A stretch of DNA of 60,965 nt, counting the filler, from Candidatus Ancaeobacter aquaticus (GTDB lineage: Bacteria; Auribacterota; Ancaeobacteria; Ancaeobacterales; Ancaeobacteraceae), in NCBI GenBank assembly GCA_030765405.1. It is 6 parts of 6 records of this genome, joined end to end, with 100 filler letters (N's around TTAATTAATTAA, not from the genome) between each part and the next. Parts side by side here need not be neighbours in the genome. Positions count along the whole stretch, not along the records: positions 10,099 to 16,816 come from JAVCCP010000039.1; positions 16,917 to 22,404 come from JAVCCP010000021.1; 4 more parts are not named here. One strand, given 5' to 3'. Shown piece after piece: positions 9,999 to 19,025 of this stretch (position 1 is the first letter of the stretch; each line of letters begins with the position of its first letter). The position numbers and the translations under genes are program-made. The notes under the pieces were generated by a model. It was not told the DNA's origin. It searched no databases and saw nothing but the letters and a program-made list of their open reading frames with translations.

Positions 9999-10098
9999 NN
10001 NNNNNNNNNNNNNNNNNNNNNNNNNNNNNNNNNNNNNNNNNNTTAATTAATTAANNNNNNNNNNNNNNNNNNNNNNNNNNNNNNNNNNNNNNNNNNNN
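9999..10098. other. Artificial contig linker
   Basis: N44-TTAATTAATTAA-N44 (stops in six frames). Confidence 0.97.
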
Positions 10099-10209
10099 CG
10101 AACGGGTCGACCATTAGGAGATGTAAATTTTGTAAAGAGATGCGAGAAAAAAATAAATAGAGTATTACAATATCAAAAAAGAGGACCTAAGATTAAAAAT
10201 AATAGATAA
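10099..10209 (+). mobile_element. 3' end of RAYT (Y1 HUH transposase) gene
   Basis: Translates RTGRPLGDVNFVKRCEKKINRVLQYQKRGPK..*, typical RAYT C-terminus; followed by inverted end repeat. Confidence 0.7.
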
Positions 10210-10235
10210 TTTAGTATGGTGTCCCTGAAATATGT
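10204..10235 (-). repeat. RAYT right-end repeat (GGGACACC core)
   Basis: Inverted copy of TATTTCAGGGACACCATACTAAATT found at 10656, 16633, 18307. Confidence 0.9.
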
Positions 10236-10315
10236 TTATTATTTCAAGCCGTAAAGCAACTAAACATGAAGCAGAACAATATAAGAAGGGGTGTCAAAAT
10301 GAAAAAGGAATATGA
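10232..10315 (+). pseudogene. BrnT-like toxin C-terminal remnant
   Basis: IISSRKATKHEAEQY resembles BrnT IISARKA..E..Y; begins at the RAYT end and overlaps the antitoxin start. Confidence 0.6.
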
Positions 10316-10499
10316 TTTTTCTAAAGGGGAAAGGGGTAAATTTTACAAACCGAATTTGAAATTAAATTTACCTATATACCTTAAACCTGAAATTATGACT
10401 TTTGTTGCAAGTATAGCTAAAAAGAAAAATTCTGATTTATCTACAGTTGTAAATAATCTTATAAAAACAGATAAGCAGTTGGCAAAAGTTATAAATTAA
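10299..10499 (+). CDS. BrnA/CopG-like antitoxin
   Basis: MKKEYDFSKGERGKFY N-terminus with a ribbon-helix-helix-like C-terminus. Confidence 0.7.
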   Translation: MKKEYDFSKGERGKFYKPNLKLNLPIYLKPEIMTFVASIAKKKNSDLSTVVNNLIKTDKQLAKVIN

Positions 10500-10655
10500 T
10501 AAAAGCGGGACACCCTTTTAAACTCATTAATACGTAAAGAGTTGCAACGCAATTGTTTGGAAATGAAGAGTTGGAATTGTAAGGATATTGTTAGTATTTG
10601 TTTTATAATCGAGGAAATGCAATTGGGCAACAAGCAGTTGCCCAATTCACCCAAG

Positions 10656-10696
10656 TATTTCAGGGACACCATACTAAATTATTTGACGAATTAATT
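10656..10696 (+). repeat. Solo RAYT left end
   Basis: 41 bp identical to 16633-16673, with no transposase following. Confidence 0.9.
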
Positions 10697-10980
10697 TATT
10701 TGCGAAATTGGGGACGGTTCTATTTTTTATCAAAAAGGTGGTGTAGTAGGGGGGCTAAATACATCTTAATCCGACATAAATCCGACATTAACAGGACACT
10801 CCTAAATGTAAAAGGAGACAGCGCCCTTTGTTTTGAGAAAACTTCACTGTAAATTTACCTAAAAATTCTATAATTATGGTGTAATTTGCTGTAATTAATC
10901 TAACATGAATGTTTGCCCCTGATTTACTCACAGGTTACTTAGACTAATAGATTTGAATTGACATATAGGGGAAATGTGAT

Positions 10981-11009
10981 ATCGTTAATCTTATAATAAA
11001 ATTAACGAT
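10981..11009. promoter_or_regulatory. Inverted repeat, candidate AbiEi operator
   Basis: ATCGTTAAT-N11-ATTAACGAT downstream of TTGACA (10958) and upstream of abiEi. Confidence 0.5.
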
Positions 11010-11028
11010 AATCCTTTATGAGGGTATT

Positions 11029-11829
11029 ATGAACACAATAAAAAGAAAGCGTCTTGGAGAGAAAGAAATCGAGGTAATTTCGCGCCTTTCATACGAAAAG
11101 AAGCGTATTGTAACTAAGGAAGAGTTAGATGCATTCTTCAAGTTTGATAACATCGAGCGAAATAAAATTGTTTATCGATTGAAAAAGAAAGGTATTTTCT
11201 CCACTATTAAGCGCGGAATATATGTTTTTTCGCCCCTTGAATATGGCGAAGGAGGTGCCGGTATAAACGAAATGCTTATTCCACCTCAATTTTTCCCGCG
11301 AAACAATTATTATATAGGCTACTCAACAATGTATAATTATTATAATTTGACAGATCAACTTTTTCAAGTAATGTACATCATAAATACCTCATTGCAACGT
11401 AGAAACAAAAAAATATGCGGTGTTATATTCAATTTCTTGAGAGTTCCAAAAAGCCGGATGTATGGTCTTGATAAGATTAGTGTTGAGGGTCAAGAAGTAA
11501 TAATCAGTTCGTTAGAACGCACACTGGTTGATTTGGTCTATTTTAATAAACCGGTTGGTGGCATTAAAAGCGCTCTTGAAATTCTCAAGCGTGAACTCAT
11601 GAAGGATCGTTGTGATAGTAGGAAGTTTATTCGTTTTGTGGCAAAATTTCCTAACATTAAAACACGTAAGAAAATTGGCATGTTGATGGAAGAAATGGGG
11701 TATTCTGATAAAGAGCTTATCCCGATTATCAAAAGCATAGAAGATACGGCAATAAGTTCATTCACCGGTTCTTTCAAAGGTAAACTTAATACGAAATGGA
11801 AAGTTATCATAAATGATACACAAAGATAA
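11029..11829 (+). CDS. Type IV TA antitoxin, AbiEi family
   Basis: N-terminal wHTH (IKRGIY), YYIGYSTMYNYY, SSLERTLVDL; overlaps the toxin gene. Confidence 0.82.
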   Translation: MNTIKRKRLGEKEIEVISRLSYEKKRIVTKEELDAFFKFDNIERNKIVYRLKKKGIFSTIKRGIYVFSPLEYGEGGAGINEMLIPPQFFPRNNYYIGYSTMYNYYNLTDQLFQVMYIINTSLQRRNKKICGVIFNFLRVPKSRMYGLDKISVEGQEVIISSLERTLVDLVYFNKPVGGIKSALEILKRELMKDRCDSRKFIRFVAKFPNIKTRKKIGMLMEEMGYSDKELIPIIKSIEDTAISSFTGSFKGKLNTKWKVIINDTQR

Positions 11830-12697
11830 GGCGCAATTTATAGATGTTATCAATATGACTGCCAATCGAACCGGCTTTCGTGCGTCACTTATAGAGAAGG
11901 ATTATTACTTAACCTTGATTTTATCGAAAATCAATGAGCTTTCGCAGGACCTTATATTTAAAGGTGGCACATGTCTTAATAAAATTTATTACTCTTATTA
12001 TCGTTTGAGCGAAGATTTGGATTTTAGCATGCGTTTACCGGAATACACAACGACTAGAACTAATCGACGCAAATCAATACAACCGATTAAGGATAAGATC
12101 GAAGGATTTGTCAAAAGACTTGGTTTTCACATTAAAGGAGTAGAAAAAACAGGACGCAATGAGTCGAAGCAGTATGTTTATTACTTTACATATAAATCTG
12201 TGCTTCAGCCAACTGATCAGATAATTAAATTTGAAATAGGACTTAGGTTTAATCCAATTTGCGCTGTAGTGAAAATGAAAGTGCAACATAAGTTTTTGCA
12301 TCCATTTACGGGTGAGCCACTTTTTGATGGTGGTGAGGTAAATTGTTTGTCATTGAAAGAGATTGTGAGTGAAAAGCTTCGAGCTGCTGCCTTGAGAAAA
12401 AACATTGCCCCACGCGATTTTTATGATCTTGACTTTATTCTGCGTAATAATTTCATTTTAGCGGATAAAGAGGTTATTGAGCTTTTTAAGAAAAAGATTA
12501 AGGAAGATAGTGGAGACTTAGATTTAGCAAAATATCGCATTAATCTCGGTCGATCTAACAATGAGATTACCGACATGCGATACAGAATAGAAAAGGAGCT
12601 GTTTGACGTTTTAACAGCTGATGAGCGGGAAATTTTTGATCTCGATAAAGCCCTTAAGCGGATCAATAAGGAGATGAATAAAATAGGGACACTCTAG
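11813..12697 (+). CDS. AbiEii-family nucleotidyltransferase toxin
   Basis: IEKDYY, FKGGT, RLSEDLDF, EKLRA, RDFYDL motifs. Confidence 0.9.
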   Translation: MIHKDKAQFIDVINMTANRTGFRASLIEKDYYLTLILSKINELSQDLIFKGGTCLNKIYYSYYRLSEDLDFSMRLPEYTTTRTNRRKSIQPIKDKIEGFVKRLGFHIKGVEKTGRNESKQYVYYFTYKSVLQPTDQIIKFEIGLRFNPICAVVKMKVQHKFLHPFTGEPLFDGGEVNCLSLKEIVSEKLRAAALRKNIAPRDFYDLDFILRNNFILADKEVIELFKKKIKEDSGDLDLAKYRINLGRSNNEITDMRYRIEKELFDVLTADEREIFDLDKALKRINKEMNKIGTL

Positions 12698-12733
12698 GTA
12701 ATACCAATCCATGCAATGCGTTATAATTTTGCA

Positions 12734-12820
12734 AAAATAGGGACAGCTACCTATTTTCTGATATGTTATTTTGAAATCGTTCTACTAGAAAGCCCAAAAA
12801 TAGGTAGCTGTCCCTATTTT
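12734..12820. repeat. Inverted REP doublet (REPIN-like)
   Basis: AAAATAGGGACAGCTACCTATTTT at 12734-12757 and its exact reverse complement at 12797-12820. Confidence 0.9.
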
Positions 12821-12825
12821 CTCTC

Positions 12826-13245
12826 AAGAACTTTGGGAAATCTTCTGTCAGAAGGAATCCTATTATAGCTGATTTATTCCATAGAATGGGTAAAGTTGAA
12901 CGTATGGGATCAGGCATTGAAAGAATGCGAGTTCTTATGCGAGAGGCAGGGTTAAAAGAACCGTTATTTGAAATAGAGAACTTTTTTCAAGTTATTTTTT
13001 ATCGGGATCCACGCTATTCACTAAAAACAGTTGGTTCCCAGAAAATTTCCCAGAAAACTTCCCAGAAAACTTCCCAGAAAATTCTAGAATTGATGAAGAA
13101 TAATCCAATAATCACTATAGCAGAACTGGCCCCAGTAATTGGTGTTAGTGAAAGGACTGTCAAATATCAGATAGCAAACTTGAAAAAATCAGGATTGTTA
13201 AAACGTGTTGGTCCTGATAAAGGTGGATATTGGAAAATTGTTTAG
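12826..13245 (+). pseudogene. C-terminal fragment of an AlbA/RecG-C-HTH type regulator
   Basis: RRNPIIADLFHRMGKVERMGSGI motif plus C-terminal HTH; frame starts at the REP doublet. Confidence 0.7.
13035..13082 (+). repeat. 12-bp coding tandem repeat x4 (SQKI/SQKT)
   Basis: TTCCCAGAAAA(T/C) four times. Confidence 0.9.
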
Positions 13246-13375
13246 TAATTATATATGATGCTTGAATAGTTCAAATTGATAATAATACGTATGAGATTTA
13301 TTCACTGCTAAACTTTCGGAACAATTTGCTAAAGGCAATGAACTAAAAAAACTATCGGTAAAAACTTAAAGTAGT

Positions 13376-13732
13376 TTGACTATGAGTTTTGAAATGACAA
13401 TGAATAAAGAATACAAATCATGGATTTTGGATATAAAACAAAGAGTGCGCTCTGCCCAGATTAAAGCTGTGCTTAAGGTGAATACCGAACTTATTAATCT
13501 GTATTGGGCGCTGGGATGTGAAATCGTAGCCAAGCAGGCTAATTTTAAATGGGGAGAAGGGTTCCTTTTTCGGTTAAGTAAGGATTTAATGGCGGAATTT
13601 CCTGAAATAAAGGGGTTTTTAGAGCGTAATTTGAAATATACCAGACAATGGTATTTGTTTTATAATCAAGGAAATGCAATTGGGCAACAAGCTGTTGCCC
13701 AAATCATCCAAATTCCGTGGGGCACAATATAG
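13376..13732 (+). pseudogene. DUF1016 (YhcG) N-terminal fragment
   Basis: NTELINLYWALG...LSKDL...KGF..RNLKY.RQWY...IPWG; stops early, nuclease domain absent. Confidence 0.75.
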
Positions 13733-14023
13733 AGAATTATCACAGGTTACCGACAGAATCGCATTACGCGATTTGACTGAACTTTGCGAGAAAGAGATTT
13801 TTCAAAGAAAAGGTGCTGTAGGTAGGGGTGCTGAATATACTTTAATCCGACATAAATCCGCCATTAGGAATCTAAAGAACATGGTTACATAGGAGAATGA
13901 AGAGACTTTAAGTTATATAGATTTAATGATAAACTGTTGTTGTTTAAAAGCTTTGGAAGAACTTAATGAATCTGATTTGGTTGAGTTTAGAGAGATGGTT
14001 GTTGAAGAGATACTTAATAATTT

Positions 14024-14047
14024 CGCAGGCTAAAGACCTGCGGCTAC
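14024..14047 (-). repeat. GTAG-type REP
   Basis: Minus strand GTAG-CCGCAGGTCTTTAGCCTGCG: GTAG tetranucleotide plus hairpin. Confidence 0.6.
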
Positions 14048-14163
14048 CCTGTTTTATAAAGTACTGATAACGCATTGAATAAATAGAAATGGTTTATGTA
14101 TGTCAATATATTCAAAAATATTATTAGGTATAAGTGCTGTTTTAGTGGGGATATTGTATTATT

Positions 14164-14763
14164 TTGATTTTAAATATATATCCACAATTGGATTTAGCTT
14201 TGCTCAAGATTCGTTGGGTCCATTTATTTAAAACTGATATTAATAGCTGGAAGATGCTAAAAGATCTCGGCCTAACTGAAGTAGAAATAACAGGCTTGCC
14301 AGAGAGTGATATATCACGAAGAGTGTATCAGGATCAGGCAGGAAATGTTGTTGAAATAACAATGGTTGTGAGCGATCTAAAAAGTTCACTTCATCCACCG
14401 ACAGATTGTTTGCCTGCTCAAGGGTGGATAATTGATAAGATGAAAGTTGAGAATATTGACATTGGGGGAGAAGTTGTTCTGGTAAACATTATAGTTACTC
14501 ATATTCCTACTAAAGACAAGGGTATACAGAGTGAGCTGATATGGTACTGGTATCCGATTTATAAGAATAATATGAACAAACATTATAAAGCAGTTTTGTA
14601 TAATTCAGCGTACCGGGTTATGTATGGTAAGAAATATAAATGGGCAATGGTGAGGTTATCGACACATATAGACAAGAGTGTAGATGATAGTATGAATACA
14701 ATGACAGAATTCTTTAAAGATATGTATCCTATAATCGAACATATGAAAGATACGGAACAATAA
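14164..14763 (+). CDS. EpsI-like exosortase-associated protein (N-terminus possibly frameshifted)
   Basis: LHPPTDCLPAQGW resembles EpsI HxPxxCLPxxGW; hydrophobic leader from ATG 14100 lies in another frame. Confidence 0.5.
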   Translation: MILNIYPQLDLALLKIRWVHLFKTDINSWKMLKDLGLTEVEITGLPESDISRRVYQDQAGNVVEITMVVSDLKSSLHPPTDCLPAQGWIIDKMKVENIDIGGEVVLVNIIVTHIPTKDKGIQSELIWYWYPIYKNNMNKHYKAVLYNSAYRVMYGKKYKWAMVRLSTHIDKSVDDSMNTMTEFFKDMYPIIEHMKDTEQ

Positions 14764-14907
14764 TGCTCGGTGTAGCGGTTTACGGTTGGGTGCAGTGAGT
14801 TGATAATAGAGTCTATTACTTGTATGTTAAAGGGTGCTTTTCTGGACTGGTTAAATTTCTGTAGATAAGTCAATATCTAACTCTGGCCAGTATAGGTCTG
14901 CCGTTTT

Positions 14908-15111
14908 TCATGTTTTCTCTTCTATAGCTGCAATTTTCATTAAATGTTTCAATAGACCTATTTTGAGGGATGTATTTTTATGTATAGGAACAGAGATTCT
15001 CGCAGGATTACCAACTTTCATATAAACGCGATGGCTGCCCTTTGTTCTTTTCAATTTCCAGCCTTTCTTTTCAAGCAATTTGGCGAATTTTTTTCCTGAA
15101 ATGCTTTTCAT
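14908..15111 (-). CDS. hicA: HicA-family toxin
   Basis: GW..KRTKGSH..Y...ISVPIH. Confidence 0.88.
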   Translation of the reverse strand: MKSISGKKFAKLLEKKGWKLKRTKGSHRVYMKVGNPARISVPIHKNTSLKIGLLKHLMKIAAIEEKT

Positions 15112-15311
15112 ACAGCAATCTCTATAATTTCATCCTTATCAGTAATTTTGACATCTTTTATGTCGATGGACAAACAGACCTCAACAGCCTCATAGATGTT
15201 ACTGAGAAGTTCCTCGAATGTTTCCCCTTGAGTGGCACAGCCTGAAATTGCAGGTATTTCAGCCCAATATCCACCTTCTTCCGCTTGATGAATTATAACT
15301 TTGAGTTTCAT
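15108..15311 (-). CDS. hicB: HicB-family antitoxin
   Basis: EEGGYWAEIPAISGCATQGETFEE; overlaps hicA start. Confidence 0.88.
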   Translation of the reverse strand: MKLKVIIHQAEEGGYWAEIPAISGCATQGETFEELLSNIYEAVEVCLSIDIKDVKITDKDEIIEIAV

Positions 15312-15536
15312 GATTTATCACCTACCCCTTTTTTAATGTGAAATTACGTAAAATTTTATTCTTTATCCAACAATTAACATACGAACTCGCGAATTTGCTT
15401 TTTCAAGGTCTTCTGCCTCTTGTGTTTTTCACAATTTACACGTTTTATTTGTACCATATCTGTTGCCTATCGTCAATATAAAATCATTGATTAAAAGGGC
15501 ACAGATGTGCAATTGATAGATACTGAGGAGTAAAGT

Positions 15537-15901
15537 ATGTTTTTTGTTTTATCAAAAATATTATGGTATGTAGTGAATCCTTTCAATGTGATTGTGTTTT
15601 TGCTTGTTATCGGGCTTTTGTGGTCAATAAAGAGCCGGAGAGCGGGGATTAGGGATAGGAATACTGCTTATTTTTATAACCGGGCACAGAGGTTGTGCGA
15701 AGCCAAGTTGAAAATTATGAAAAACGATTTGGGAAGAAACCACCATCGTTTACCGGAGATAGTGCGTATGGATCTCGAGACAACAGAAAGTTAAAAGAAG
15801 CGAACTTGGCATATTGGTTAATAAAATTTCCTGGGGAGCGGATAGAAGCTGTTGAAATGTCCATATTATACGTAATGCTTATTTTATGCTATTATAAATA
15901 A
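15537..15901 (+). pseudogene. Chimeric remnant: YdcF-like N-terminus, DDE transposase-like piece, further fragment
   Basis: MFFVLSKILWYVVNPFN (YdcF-like start); FTGDSAYGSRDN (IS DDE-like) in another frame. Confidence 0.4.
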
Positions 15902-15976
15902 AAATATCGCCGCACATGTGTTTTATGATAAAACCCGGCATAGTATAATAATAAAAAAATGGGTGGAGGGAACAAA

Positions 15977-16198
15977 ATGAAATACCAATTAACAGCAGTT
16001 ATAGCGCGGGAGGATAATGGATATGTTTCTTTATGTCCAGAATTAGATATCGCAAGTCAAGGTGATACAATAGAAAAAGCCCGAAAAAACTTAATTGAAG
16101 CGATTCAGTTATTTTTAAAAACAGCTTCGGAGCAAGAGATACAAGGAAGATTTCATGAAGAAGTTTATATAACTCATTTAGAGGTGGCTGTTGGGTAA
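15977..16198 (+). CDS. hicB: HicB-family antitoxin
   Basis: GYVSLCPELDIASQGDTIEKARKNLIEA. Confidence 0.85.
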   Translation: MKYQLTAVIAREDNGYVSLCPELDIASQGDTIEKARKNLIEAIQLFLKTASEQEIQGRFHEEVYITHLEVAVG

Positions 16199-16394
16199 AT
16201 TACGCATTCTTTCGGGACGAGATGTCTGTCAAATTCTTGCCAATCATAATTTCATTGAGGTAAGGCAGCATGGAAGTCATATTGCAATGCAAAAACGAAC
16301 ATCTCATTTAAATAGGGACGTTGCCATTTATTTTGATTGTGTAGGGATGGATGGGGCAATAAGGACAACCTTTGCTGGAAAAGAAAGGAAATAA
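16191..16394 (+). pseudogene. HicA toxin truncated at a REP
   Basis: LSGRDVCQIL...RQHGSHIAMQK; homology lost at AAATAGGGACGTTGCCATTT (16310-16329). Confidence 0.7.
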
Positions 16395-16411
16395 AATGGG
16401 GGAGAATCCTA

Positions 16412-16627
16412 ATGAATAAATACAAATATGAAGTTTTGATTTATTGGAGTAAGGATGATAACGCTTATATTGCTGAGGTTCCTGAATTATCTGGTTGTAT
16501 GGCTGATGGTTCAAGTTATGAAAGTGCGTTAAAGAATGTTGAAGTTATAATAAAGGAATGGATTGAAACAGCAAAAAATGCAGGCAAACCAATTCCTGAT
16601 CCAAAAGGCAAGTTAATGTATGCATAA
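16412..16627 (+). CDS. hicB: HicB-family antitoxin (orphan)
   Basis: YWSKDDNAYIAEVPELSGCMADG...IPDP. Confidence 0.85.
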   Translation: MNKYKYEVLIYWSKDDNAYIAEVPELSGCMADGSSYESALKNVEVIIKEWIETAKNAGKPIPDPKGKLMYA

Positions 16628-16632
16628 ATATG

Positions 16633-16816
16633 TATTTCAGGGACACCATACTAAATTATTTGACGAATTAATTCATTTAAAATATAATGCTTAACATGGT
16701 TAGAATAGCACGAATTATAATACCTGATATTCCTCATCATATTATCCAGAGGGGTAATAGACGGCAACAAACTTTCTTTAATAAAGATGACTATCTCTTA
16801 TATAAAAAGATAATGA
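16633..16816 (+). mobile_element. RAYT left end plus 5' part of transposase (ATG 16696), cut by gap
   Basis: MVRIARIIIPDIPHHIIQRGNRRQQTFF is a typical RAYT N-terminus. Confidence 0.85.
16660..16688 (+). promoter_or_regulatory. Sigma70-type promoter of RAYT
   Basis: TTGACG-17 bp-TATAAT, ATG 7 nt downstream. Confidence 0.7.
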
Positions 16817-16916
16817 NNNNNNNNNNNNNNNNNNNNNNNNNNNNNNNNNNNNNNNNNNNNTTAATTAATTAANNNNNNNNNNNNNNNNNNNNNNNNNNNN
16901 NNNNNNNNNNNNNNNN
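16817..16916. other. Artificial contig linker
   Basis: N44-TTAATTAATTAA-N44. Confidence 0.97.
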
Positions 16917-18287
16917 AATTGTTCCCGCGGTAGTCTTAGTCAGCGCACCACCTCCCGCGAGTATCGCGCTTATCGTTCCGCTTTCAACAGCATACGAACT
17001 GCCTGTCAAAACACCTGACGTTCCTGTAATTGCACCGCTCGTTAATGTTACAGCTGCTACTGTGTCATCGTAGCTAACAATATTAAGTGTTCCACCACCC
17101 GAAACCGCAATTGCGCCGGCGTTAGCTAAAACATTACTGGCACCGTATTGTAATGATCCTGCACTTATTGTCGTTCCTCCCGAATAGGTATTTGCCCCTG
17201 ATAATGTCACTGTTCCTGAACCTGCTTTAGTAAAAGATCCTGTACCGCTCATGATACCGCTATAGTTTGTATTTCCACCAACTCCCCCTGCAGTCAGACT
17301 ACCGCTTCCAAATGTCACATTTCCCTCGCCTGCAAGCGACCCTATCGTGTCATTATATCCTGCCAGATCAAGCACAGCGCCTGATGAAACACTCACTGCT
17401 GTGGTATCTGAAAGGACATTACTGGCTCCGTATTGTAATGATCCTGCACTTATTGTTGTACCGCCAGTATATGTATTTGTACCTGAAAGTGTAATTGTTC
17501 CCGCGGTAGTCTTAGTCAGCGCACCACCTCCCGCGAGTATCGCGCTTATCGTTCCGCTTTCAACAGCATACGAACTGCCTGTCAAAACACCTGACGTTCC
17601 TGTAATTGCGCCGCTCGTTAATGTTACAGCTGCTACTGTGTCATCGTAACTAACAATATCAAGTGTCCCCCCTGAAACTGTAACTGCACTGCTGTTAGAA
17701 AGGACATTACTGGCTCCGTATTTTAATGATCCCGTACTTACTGTTGTCGCACCAGTATAGGTATTCGCACCTGATAATGTCGTTGTCCCTACCCCGCTCT
17801 TTGTTACTGCTCCAGTTCCGCTTATTACACCATTTATTTGACTAGTTCCACTGGAATTAATCGTCAAGGTCGCGTTACCGACAGATATCGCCCCACCTAA
17901 TGTTAATGACGTACCGCCAACCGTAAATTCCTGACTAACATTGTTTAACGATATACCACAATTAAACACATTCGTACCTGTTGTATTATTTATACCTGAT
18001 GTCAGGGTCACAGAATTACCCCCAACAGTGAATCCCCCGGCATTAAAAGTAATTAATCCAAACGATGTTCCGCCCGCAAAATCATTATTATTTGTCGTCT
18101 GAGTTAATCCCGCGAAAGTAAGAGCATCATCAGCATTTACTGCGGCATCCCAGTTTGCGGCTGTATTCCAATTATTATCACCACCGCCGCCACCATCCCA
18201 GGTGCGTTCCGCTCCATACAAATCAGAAGATATAAAAACGGCAATAAAAATTATCGCACTGACAAAATAAAGAAGTTTTTTAAACAT
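16917..18287 (-). CDS. Secreted protein with autotransporter-associated beta-strand repeats (3' truncated)
   Basis: Signal peptide; repeated LTKxGxGTxTLSGxNTYxGxTTxSxG; near-identical internal block repeated at 576-nt spacing. Confidence 0.85.
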
Positions 18288-18303
18288 CTGACCCCTCCGT
18301 TTT

Positions 18304-18335
18304 ACATATTTCAGGGACACCATACTAAATTATCT
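18304..18335 (+). repeat. Solo RAYT right end
   Basis: 32 bp exact reverse complement of 10204-10235. Confidence 0.9.
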
Positions 18336-18408
18336 TCTTTGGCCCTGGCTTACTCTTTCAGAATGATTTACCTGTTACTCTTTCGATCTTTTTCACATAC
18401 TACACAAT

Positions 18409-18990
18409 CTATCCTGCCTGTTGTTTCTGATTATAACGATCCATCGCCGGTAAAAGACCTTGCGATAGTATCGTTTCGAGAGCTTCTGCAGCATCTTTTA
18501 TACGATTTAAATTTATACGTTCCTCATCCTTCGTGAATTTTCCCAACACATAATCAGGTACATTCAGAGGATACACACTCTCATTTTTTACACCATAACG
18601 TACGCGCACATAATGGTTTGTACTGAGACTTTTCTGTATGGACGCAAGGCCATTATGCCCGCCGGAACCACCACGTTCTCTTACCCGAATACTGCCCGTC
18701 TTAAGATGTATATCATCAACAACAACAATGCTGTCAGTTATATCCACATCAAAGAACGCTAAACACTTTGAAACAACATCACCGCTCAAGTTCATATATG
18801 AAAGCGGTTTTACCAGGATAACCGTCTGCCCCCCGGAATGTATTTTCGCAATATATGCTTGGCGCTTTCTATCCTTGGTAAACTTGGCACGATGACTACT
18901 GGCAACCTCATCCAAGATCCTAAAACCAATGTTATGGCGCGTCTTTTTATAGCGCAGGCCTGGATTACCAAGTCCAAAGATTATCTTCAC
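18409..18990 (-). CDS. pth: Peptidyl-tRNA hydrolase
   Basis: GLGNPG..Y..TRHNIGF; KPLSYMNLSG; GGHNGL. Confidence 0.96.
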   Translation of the reverse strand: MKIIFGLGNPGLRYKKTRHNIGFRILDEVASSHRAKFTKDRKRQAYIAKIHSGGQTVILVKPLSYMNLSGDVVSKCLAFFDVDITDSIVVVDDIHLKTGSIRVRERGGSGGHNGLASIQKSLSTNHYVRVRYGVKNESVYPLNVPDYVLGKFTKDEERINLNRIKDAAEALETILSQGLLPAMDRYNQKQQAG

Positions 18991-19025
18991 TTAAAAATCC
19001 CCTGTTCGCACGGGACACACTTTTA

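Noticed and set aside
13304..13369. Possible HsdM C-terminal remnant (TAKLSEQFAKGNELK) before DUF1016
   Set aside because: Only ~15 residues of resemblance with a frameshift; too weak to annotate without a search.
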